Shown here: positions 53,268 to 59,429 of the stretch, piece after piece | Layout of the letters: each line of letters begins with the position of its first letter | How positions within the stretch are numbered: the first letter of the stretch is position 1 | Source of the DNA: Patescibacteria group bacterium | GTDB lineage: Bacteria; Patescibacteriota; Microgenomatia; Levybacterales; GWA1-39-11 | Reading direction: 5' to 3' | DNA: 59,429 bases | Assembly (NCBI GenBank): GCA_035545675.1 | Contig: DASZYA010000029.1 | Span: 1 to 59,429, forward strand | Notes under the pieces: generated by a model | What the model was told of the DNA's origin: nothing | What the model saw: the letters and a program-made list of their open reading frames with translations, nothing else | Database searches by the model: none | Translations under genes and position numbers: made by a program

Positions 53268-53298
53268 TTAATTGTAAATAGTTTATAGTTTTAAGTAT
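53265..53298 (+). repeat. Heptamer array TAGTTAA TTGTAAA TAGTTTA TAGTTTT AAGTATA from stop to start
   Basis: Shares the 15-mer AATAGTTTATAGTTT with 39416-39430. Confidence 0.7.
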
Positions 53299-54429
53299 AT
53301 GAAAAAAGCAGTTGTTATTATTCCTACATACAACGAGAAGGACAATGTTGCAAAGATAATTCCTATTATTGAGGATGAAGTTTTTCCAAAGATTAAAAAT
53401 TATGACATGGCAATTCTTATTGCTGATGATAACTCTCCAGATGGAACAAAAGAAGTTGTAGAAGCGCTTGCTAAGAAATACAAAAATATAGAGGTATCAA
53501 GCGGAGAGAAAAATGGTCTGGGAGCAGCCTACGTAAGAGGTATGACATACGCAATAGATAAAATGAATGCAGATGTTGTTTTTGAAATGGATGCAGATCT
53601 TCAGCATGATCCCCTAAAAATTCCTGACTTTTTGAAAAAGATAGATGAGGGGTGCGATATGGTAATTGGTACTCGTTATAGTGATGGTGGTTCAATTCCA
53701 GCAGGATGGCCACCACAAAGAAAAGCATTTTCAATTGTTGCCAATTTGTTTGTAAGAACTGTATTCACTAAGTTCTCAATTCATGATTGGACGGGTGGAT
53801 ATAGAGCACTAAAGAAAGAGGTATTTCTTAAGGAGAAAGATAGTTTAACAAAGTTTAAGGGTTATATATTTCAAATCTCATTTCTACATAATGCTGTAAA
53901 TGATGGTTTCAGGATTGGGGAGGTTCCATTCCATTTTGGAGAGAGAAATATGGGAGATTCAAAGATTGCATCATTTAGTTATATTACTGATGTTGTAACC
54001 TATGTTTTGATAACTAGATTCAAAGAACTTGCTTTCGGAAAATTTGGAAAGTTTTTGGTAGTTGGAGGATTTGGTTTTGTTCTAAACTATGGAATTCTAG
54101 TTCTTCTTTCAAAAAGAGGGTGGGATCATTCGGCTGCAAATCTTGTGGGAGCATCTGTTGCTATTTTTTCAAACTATAATCTAAATAATCTGTGGACCTT
54201 TAAAGACGAAAAGATTCACAGTCTCAGCTTATATCTTTGGAAAATGGTTCAATTCTATGCAACAAGTGCAATTGGAGTCATATTCATCCAGACGGGGACA
54301 ATCTTCTTAGGAGACAAATTTATAGGAGATAAGTATTATCAGTTATATTTCTTCTTGGGAACAGGTCTCTTGTTGATTTGGAACTTTACCGTCTACTCAA
54401 AATTCATTTGGAAAAATAAGAAGAAATAA
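53299..54429 (+). CDS. Polyprenol-phosphate glycosyltransferase (GT2, Dpm1/ArnC-like) fused to a GtrA-like membrane domain
   Basis: IIPTYNEKDN, ADDNSPDGT and EMDADLQHDP, with a four-TM GtrA-like C-terminus. Confidence 0.85.
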   Translation: MKKAVVIIPTYNEKDNVAKIIPIIEDEVFPKIKNYDMAILIADDNSPDGTKEVVEALAKKYKNIEVSSGEKNGLGAAYVRGMTYAIDKMNADVVFEMDADLQHDPLKIPDFLKKIDEGCDMVIGTRYSDGGSIPAGWPPQRKAFSIVANLFVRTVFTKFSIHDWTGGYRALKKEVFLKEKDSLTKFKGYIFQISFLHNAVNDGFRIGEVPFHFGERNMGDSKIASFSYITDVVTYVLITRFKELAFGKFGKFLVVGGFGFVLNYGILVLLSKRGWDHSAANLVGASVAIFSNYNLNNLWTFKDEKIHSLSLYLWKMVQFYATSAIGVIFIQTGTIFLGDKFIGDKYYQLYFFLGTGLLLIWNFTVYSKFIWKNKKK

Positions 54430-54433
54430 TCTC

Positions 54434-55999
54434 ATGTTCTCTGAAAAGAATAAATTCTTTAAATTCATAAAGAAAAATTACGTAATAATCTTACTTTCTA
54501 TAATTTTGATTTTCGCAGCCTTCTTAAGGCTCTACAAAATAGAAGACTACATGACTTTTTTGGGAGATGAGGGAAGAGACGTATTGATAGTAAGAGATAT
54601 TCTGCATGGTCATCTTACATTTTTGGGTCCCAGAACTTCTGCAGCCGACTTCTATACAGGTCCAGTCTATTACTACATGATGGCGCCGTTTTTATTCTTA
54701 GCAAACTACAATCCCGTAGGTCCAGCAATTATGATTGCTCTTCTTGGTATAGCAACTGTTTATCTAATATTTAGATTTGGAAAAGAATGGTTTGGAGTAA
54801 AGGGAGCTCTTGTTGCAGCGGCTTTGTATACTATATCGCCCCTAGTCATTGCCTACTCTAGGTCTTCTTGGAATCCTAATCCAATGCCATTTTTTACGAT
54901 AATTATTTTGTACTTTTTATATAAATCAGTTAGTGAAAAACCCAAGATTAGTAACTTCTTAATAATTGGACTTTTGTATGGGATTGCTTTTCAACTTCAC
55001 TACATAGAGATTATTGTTGGGGTTGTTATGTTTTTCTTTACGCTTTTTGGAAACATTATAGTCTCGAAAAAGAATCTATTTGCAAAACTTATCAAAGAAT
55101 ACGCTGCTTTGTTGATAGGTTTTCTGATTGGTTTATCTCCATTTTTGGCATTTGAAATAAGACATGGATTTCCAAATACACGGACAGTGATTAACTTCAT
55201 GTTAAAAGGAGATCCAACTGCTACAGATTTAACAAAAGCAACCTTTCCACAAATAGTATGGGATGTTTTTACTAGGCTTTTTGGGAGACTTATTCTCTTT
55301 TTACCACCCCAAGAAAAATTAGTAATACTTGATAAAACTACGGTTAATATCTGGATAGCAGCATCTGTTATTTTAGCAGTCTTATCTATAGTTGTTCTTT
55401 TTACCGTTAAAAATAAGTTAACAAAATTACTATTTGGTTTGTGGTTATTTTTTGGTGTAGTCTTGTTTGGTTTTTATCACAAACCAATATATGACTACTA
55501 CTTTGAATTTATGTTCCCTCTACCATTTTTGTTGGTGGGAAATCTATTCTCTTACTCTTGGGAGAAGGGTAAGGTTTTAAGACTAGTTGGTGTAGTAATT
55601 CTAATTGGAATAATGGGCCTAAATTTGTCCGGTTATCCTTTCCAGTATCCGGCGAATAGGCAATATAGGCAAGTAGAGAAGATTGCTAAATTTGTTATGG
55701 ATAAAGCTGGCAATAAGCCATATAACTTTGCCCTTGTAACTCTTGGTAACTCTGATCAGGGGTATCGTTATATTTTTGAGACAAATAATAAGCCACCTGT
55801 AACAATAGAATACACCGGAGTTGATCCTGAGAGGAAAACGGTAACTGATCAATTATTTGTAGTTTGTGAAGATCCAAACTGTCAGCCTCTTGGAAATTCT
55901 TTGTGGGAGGTAGCAGGATTTGGAAGGGCAGAGATTGCGAATGAGTGGCCTGTTTCTGTTGTGAAGGTTTATAAGTTAGTGCACTACAATAATAAATAA
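54434..55999 (+). CDS. ArnT/PMT-like (GT-C fold) polyprenol-phosphate-sugar-dependent glycosyltransferase
   Basis: About 12 TM helices. The first extracytoplasmic loop has FLGDEGRD, and the tail is soluble. Confidence 0.75.
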   Translation: MFSEKNKFFKFIKKNYVIILLSIILIFAAFLRLYKIEDYMTFLGDEGRDVLIVRDILHGHLTFLGPRTSAADFYTGPVYYYMMAPFLFLANYNPVGPAIMIALLGIATVYLIFRFGKEWFGVKGALVAAALYTISPLVIAYSRSSWNPNPMPFFTIIILYFLYKSVSEKPKISNFLIIGLLYGIAFQLHYIEIIVGVVMFFFTLFGNIIVSKKNLFAKLIKEYAALLIGFLIGLSPFLAFEIRHGFPNTRTVINFMLKGDPTATDLTKATFPQIVWDVFTRLFGRLILFLPPQEKLVILDKTTVNIWIAASVILAVLSIVVLFTVKNKLTKLLFGLWLFFGVVLFGFYHKPIYDYYFEFMFPLPFLLVGNLFSYSWEKGKVLRLVGVVILIGIMGLNLSGYPFQYPANRQYRQVEKIAKFVMDKAGNKPYNFALVTLGNSDQGYRYIFETNNKPPVTIEYTGVDPERKTVTDQLFVVCEDPNCQPLGNSLWEVAGFGRAEIANEWPVSVVKVYKLVHYNNK

Positions 56000-56430
56000 T
56001 GGTTGTAGACCATCTATCTACTAAATCCTCTCCCCTTGTGGGAGAGGGAATGGGTGAGGGGAATATTAAAAATAACTCCAAGAAGCTTCGATTAAATCAA
56101 ACCAATGAAGAAAAGATTCTCTGGGAGAAACTCAGGAACAGGCAAATGTTCGGTCTTAAATTTCGTCGTCAACAGTCGATTGGTGAATATATCGTAGACT
56201 TCGTAGCTTATGAAAACAAAATAATTATTGAGCTTGATGGGAATCGTCATAACGATGCTATGGTAAAATTAAAAGATAAAAAGAGGACCAAATGGTTGGA
56301 AAATCAAGGATTTAGGGTTTTAAGATTCTGGAATAACGAACTTTATACGAATTTGGAAGGTATTTCTTATGCAATTTATAAATTAATTTCTCACCCTCAC
56401 TCTAAATCTCTCCCATCAAGGGAGAGATAA
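55999..56430 (+). CDS. DUF559 (Vsr-like endonuclease fold) protein
   Basis: LRLNQTNEEKILWEKLRNRQMFGLKFRRQQSIGEYIVDFV...IIELDGNRH...VLRFWNNE. The start may be ATG 56050 rather than 55999. Confidence 0.8.
   Translation: MVVDHLSTKSSPLVGEGMGEGNIKNNSKKLRLNQTNEEKILWEKLRNRQMFGLKFRRQQSIGEYIVDFVAYENKIIIELDGNRHNDAMVKLKDKKRTKWLENQGFRVLRFWNNELYTNLEGISYAIYKLISHPHSKSLPSRER
56027..56427 (+). mobile_element. Candidate selfish cassette: the DUF559 gene bounded by hairpin-containing imperfect inverted repeats
   Basis: Left end 56027-56061: CCTCTCCCC-TTGT-GGGAGAGG..GGGTGAGGG. Right end 56390-56427: CTCACCCTCAC..TCTCTCCC-ATCAA-GGGAGAGA. Confidence 0.35.
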
Positions 56431-56454
56431 ATTTGATTCCTATTTTATAGAAAA

Positions 56455-56503
56455 AACCCGATAAGAGTAATCTGTTTTCAAGAATACCGATAATCGGGTT
56501 TTT
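56455..56503. terminator. Bidirectional terminator-like element between convergent genes
   Basis: A-run, AACCCGAT (56455-56462), 30-nt loop, ATCGGGTT (56493-56500), T-run. Confidence 0.45.
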
Positions 56504-56522
56504 ACTAAATTGCGAAAGAGAA

Positions 56523-56666
56523 TTAAGCAGCTCCAATTTTGAACATTGCTGTTCCACAAACTGGACACTTTCCTTTCATAGCAGGTTTACCATTTTTCAT
56601 GGTTACCTTTTCTGCGTTAGCATCCTCTCTTTTTGCGCGACATTTTACACAATACATGCTTGCCAT
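56523..56666 (-). CDS. 47-aa zinc-ribbon protein (DUF5679-like), absent from the ORF track
   Basis: MASMYCVKCRAKREDANAEKVTMKNGKPAMKGKCPVCGTAMFKIGAA, with CxxC...CxxC. A strong SD GGAGGGAGGTG lies 8 nt upstream. Confidence 0.7.
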   Translation of the reverse strand: MASMYCVKCRAKREDANAEKVTMKNGKPAMKGKCPVCGTAMFKIGAA

Positions 56667-56820
56667 AATTTAATTCACCTCCCTCCGCCCCTCGTAGCTT
56701 TACGCGTAGGGGGGTTACATTTGTTAAAAAAATCTATATGTATATTCATGGTAAATTGCTTGGCTTCGGTGAGGCATGCCTCATTTGAAAACCAAAAGTA
56801 AAAAGCTTAAAGATCATTCT

Positions 56821-57099
56821 CTAAAACGTTAATCCAAAAAAGCTAATGATTTTTTGTTTCAAAAGAAAATAAATCACTAGGTCTAATATGATTAATAAAG
56901 AGGTAATTAATAGGGTTTTTCTAACATCGGCTATTACGTATGAGTAGTCTTGAGTTGGTGTATTTTGAATAGGTATTTCTCTTTGAATTGGAGTTAGTTT
57001 AAGGTCTAAAGAGATAGAAGGGGCGCTTAGGACTTGTGAAAAGTTTTGTCTTGTTGATGCTGCTATTTTTTGTTTCTTTGTTTGTCTTTTCTTGCTCAT
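56821..57099 (-). CDS. Small hypothetical protein with basic N-terminus and C-terminal TM helix
   Basis: 92-aa ORF with MSKKRQTKKQK... and LLITSLLIILDLVIYFLL. Confidence 0.45.
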   Translation of the reverse strand: MSKKRQTKKQKIAASTRQNFSQVLSAPSISLDLKLTPIQREIPIQNTPTQDYSYVIADVRKTLLITSLLIILDLVIYFLLKQKIISFFGLTF

Positions 57100-57163
57100 A
57101 TTGCAAAAGTTACAAGTTTATTTTATTGAGCCTAATAAGCGTGATGCATGAAAAAGTATCATA

Positions 57164-57193
57164 TTGACAACGTGCGTGTCAAGAGGCTAAAAT
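57164..57193 (+). promoter_or_regulatory. Promoter TTGACA-18-TAAAAT whose -35 box is half of the palindrome TTGACA-N7-TGTCAA
   Basis: TTGACA 57164-57169, TGTCAA 57177-57182, TAAAAT 57188-57193, ATG 57206. Confidence 0.5.
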
Positions 57194-57205
57194 ATTTTTT
57201 ACACT

Positions 57206-57679
57206 ATGAATTTCTCCTCAGTATTGCCAGTTTTTATTGTATTGATAATCTGGCTTGCTCTTCTAACATTCCTCTTTTTTCGCTTCTATTTGTACTACAT
57301 GAGGCTGGTAAAGAATGGCCAAAAAGAATCACTTATCGGTATCCTTGACGAAGTCGTTAAACGTGATGAACACAGTAAGAAAGTGCTTGACGAATTAAAC
57401 GCAAGATATGATAAACTTGAAAAGGATGGTCAATCTCATATACAAAAAATTGGCCTGGTTCGTTTCAATCCTTTTAAAGAAACAGGTGGAGATCAAAGCT
57501 TCATACTCGCTTTAGTAGATGCTGATAATACAGGGGTTGTAATATCAAGTCTACATACCAGAACCGGTACAAGATGGTATGCAAAGGGAATAGTAAGAGG
57601 AAAAGGGGTTGAGTACGAATTATCAGATGAAGAGCAAAAAGCGCTAAGAGGAGCAAAGGTTTTATCTGAAAATAGCTAA
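57206..57679 (+). CDS. DUF4446 family protein
   Basis: N-terminal TM and GLVRFNPFKETGGDQSFILALVD. Confidence 0.75.
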   Translation: MNFSSVLPVFIVLIIWLALLTFLFFRFYLYYMRLVKNGQKESLIGILDEVVKRDEHSKKVLDELNARYDKLEKDGQSHIQKIGLVRFNPFKETGGDQSFILALVDADNTGVVISSLHTRTGTRWYAKGIVRGKGVEYELSDEEQKALRGAKVLSENS

Positions 57680-57684
57680 ATAAA

Positions 57685-58863
57685 ATGGACGCAAAAAAGA
57701 AAAATTTATTAATAGGTGGAATAATTTATGTAGTATCTGCAGTTGCTGCTTTCTTTTTATTCTCTTCCGTTCTTGGACAAGGTGGTACTTCCTCTAATGT
57801 TACTACTCCGGTTGCACTTCCTTCATCTGGGTCAGATCAGAAAGTCGCTTTTAATCAGGATTTACCAAAGACAGAGGTTTGTCCAATTAATGGTGCTAAA
57901 TACTCCAAGCAGCAAGAACAATGGTGGCAACAGCATAGACCTCTTGGAGTCATGATTGAGAACCATGAGGAAGCTCGTCCACAATCTGGTCTTTCATATG
58001 CAGATGTTGTTTATGAAGCAGTTGCAGAAGGTGGAATTACTCGTTTCTTGGCAATATTTTATTGTCAGGACGCAGGAATTATTGGTCCAGTTAGATCCGC
58101 TAGAACTTACTTCTTGGATATGGTTTCAGAATACGGCGATTATCCACTATATGCTCATGTAGGAGGAGCAAATACTCCAGGACCTGCGGATGCATTAGGT
58201 CAAATTGAGCAATATGGTTGGCAAACATATAATGATCTCAATCAATTCTCAATAGGTTTTCCAACATATTGGAGAGATTATGAAAGGCTTGGTCACACAG
58301 TTGCTACAGAGCACACAATGTATTCAACAACAAGTAAGCTTTGGGATATTGGTAAATCTCGTAAGTTAACCAACGTTGATAAAGATGGTAACGAATGGAA
58401 TGCTGATTTTTCAGAGTTTGAATTCAAGGATGACGCAAAGCCAGCTGATAGACCAACAGCTCAAACAATAAGTTTTGATTTCTGGGAAGGCTATGATGCA
58501 TATGGTGTAAGCTGGAATTACGACAAAGAAACAAATTCTTACCTCAGATCAAACGGTGGAGTAAAGCACATAGATAAAGATACTGGAAAGCAAATTGCAG
58601 CAAAGGATGTTGTTATATTATTCATGCGCGAAAGCCATGCAAATGATGGATATGATAATAATCAGCACATGCTTTATGGAACAACCGGTACGGGCCAAGC
58701 ATTGATATTCCAAGATGGCAAAGAAACAAAAGGTACATGGAGCAAGAAGAGTAGAACATCAAGAATCATGATAAAAGATGCAACCGGACAGCAAGTTAAG
58801 TTTACACGCGGTTTAATATGGTTTGAGATAGTTGGAACAGGAACTCCGGTTGTTGTTAAATAA
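57685..58863 (+). CDS. DUF3048 domain-containing secreted/anchored protein
   Basis: RPLGVMIENHEEARPQSGLSYADVVYEAVAEGGITRFLAIF. Confidence 0.8.
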   Translation: MDAKKKNLLIGGIIYVVSAVAAFFLFSSVLGQGGTSSNVTTPVALPSSGSDQKVAFNQDLPKTEVCPINGAKYSKQQEQWWQQHRPLGVMIENHEEARPQSGLSYADVVYEAVAEGGITRFLAIFYCQDAGIIGPVRSARTYFLDMVSEYGDYPLYAHVGGANTPGPADALGQIEQYGWQTYNDLNQFSIGFPTYWRDYERLGHTVATEHTMYSTTSKLWDIGKSRKLTNVDKDGNEWNADFSEFEFKDDAKPADRPTAQTISFDFWEGYDAYGVSWNYDKETNSYLRSNGGVKHIDKDTGKQIAAKDVVILFMRESHANDGYDNNQHMLYGTTGTGQALIFQDGKETKGTWSKKSRTSRIMIKDATGQQVKFTRGLIWFEIVGTGTPVVVK

Positions 58864-58895
58864 CTTGCCCCGCGTTATAATTAGCCATAATTTCT

Positions 58896-59429
58896 ATGTT
58901 TGAAGATCTAATTACAAGCAAAACTCGAGTAAAAATTTTATCCTTATTTCTGGATAATCCCCTTGAAATGTACCACGTTAGAGAAGTTGTTAGAAGAGTA
59001 GATGAAGAAATAAATGCAGTAAGAAGAGAGTTAATACTACTTGAGAAAAAAGGTGTTTTAACCCGCGAGCCAAGAGTAAATAGAGTTTATTATTATTTAG
59101 ACAAAAATTACTCATATTATTATGATATGTTTGCAATTCACGCAAAGAGCGTTGGTTTAGGAGCAGATATACTTAAGAATAAAATGAAGTTGGGAAAGAT
59201 AAAATTTGCAATGCTGTCTGGTAAGTTTGCAAGGGGAATGAGAGATAATCCTGAAGAGGTAGATTTGCTTGTTGTGGGTACCATTGTAGTGCCAGAAATT
59301 GATATAGTAGTAAGACGCGAGGAAGAGAGGAAAAAAATAGAAATAAACTACACAGTTATGACAGAAGAAGAATTCTCATTTAGGAAAAAGAGACATGATC
59401 CATTTATAACATCAGTAATTTATGGTTCA
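58896..59429 (+). CDS. Winged-helix (ArsR-like) domain protein, 3'-truncated by the window end
   Basis: Open frame from ATG 58896 to the window edge. SKTRVKILSLFLDNP...YHVREVVRRV...INAVRRELILLEKKGVL. Confidence 0.5.
   Translation, partial: MFEDLITSKTRVKILSLFLDNPLEMYHVREVVRRVDEEINAVRRELILLEKKGVLTREPRVNRVYYYLDKNYSYYYDMFAIHAKSVGLGADILKNKMKLGKIKFAMLSGKFARGMRDNPEEVDLLVVGTIVVPEIDIVVRREEERKKIEINYTVMTEEEFSFRKKRHDPFITSVIYGS

Noticed and set aside
57148-57348. 66-aa ORF overlapping the DUF4446 promoter and N-terminus.
   Set aside because: It overlaps a better-supported gene in another frame, and its start sits on the predicted promoter.

Overview
This is a 59.4-kb, AT-rich, gene-dense bacterial window with about 60 protein genes on both strands and short or overlapping spacers. 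The gene content looks like core chromosome of a small-genome Patescibacteria/CPR-type organism. That placement is an inference from the repertoire: class I LysRS, DUF192, VanW, DUF3048/DUF4446 and many membrane-anchored Pro/Thr-linker proteins. The standard genetic code applies, because TGA is used as a stop (ATGA overlap at 42022-42025) and RF2 is present.

Gene order: the window opens inside the 3' part of RNase P RNA. It continues with a HAD hydrolase, a UvrD-type helicase fused to an Fe-S nuclease, RmuC, a TrmH-family methyltransferase, TopA and TsaD. Next come DUF192, a cytidylyltransferase-like protein, VanW, an orphan solute-binding protein, GreA, class I LysRS, a P-loop kinase-like protein, an RlmI/K-like methyltransferase, RdgB, SerS and SecA. 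A block of lineage-specific hypotheticals follows, then a GAF histidine kinase coupled to an unknown P-loop protein, UDG family 4, YggT, an OmpR-type regulator, a MazG-like protein, NRAMP, RF2 and NUDIX. The window ends with FtsEX plus a coiled-coil cysteine peptidase, tsaE-tsaC-mini-tsaB, a CAP-domain protein, a roughly 12-kb nucleotide-sugar/glycosyl-transfer cluster, a DUF559 cassette, and DUF4446/DUF3048. I saw no rRNA, tRNA, CRISPR array, transposase or integrase.

Most unusual observations:
1. Two copies, 12.5 kb apart, of an unclassified structured RNA. Each has a 57-nt conserved core with a compensatory base-pair change, a closing stem and a trailing hairpin. Each has its own promoter and sits upstream of a SAM-dependent RNA methyltransferase gene.
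2. Many intergenic spacers are built from degenerate 7- or 8-nt tandem arrays (TAG-N4, TTAAAGAG, AGCTAAA). Distant loci share exact 13-18-nt words.
3. Many genes carry a -10 or extended -10 box only 6-12 nt before the ATG and have no SD, which suggests leaderless mRNAs.
4. A class I LysRS is fused to a B3/4 (COG3382-like) domain.
5. A DUF559 endonuclease gene is bracketed by hairpin-bearing inverted repeats.
6. A Lys-rich 15-codon micro-ORF plus hairpins lies ahead of secA.

All coordinates and counts were done by hand from the sequence. No database search was run.
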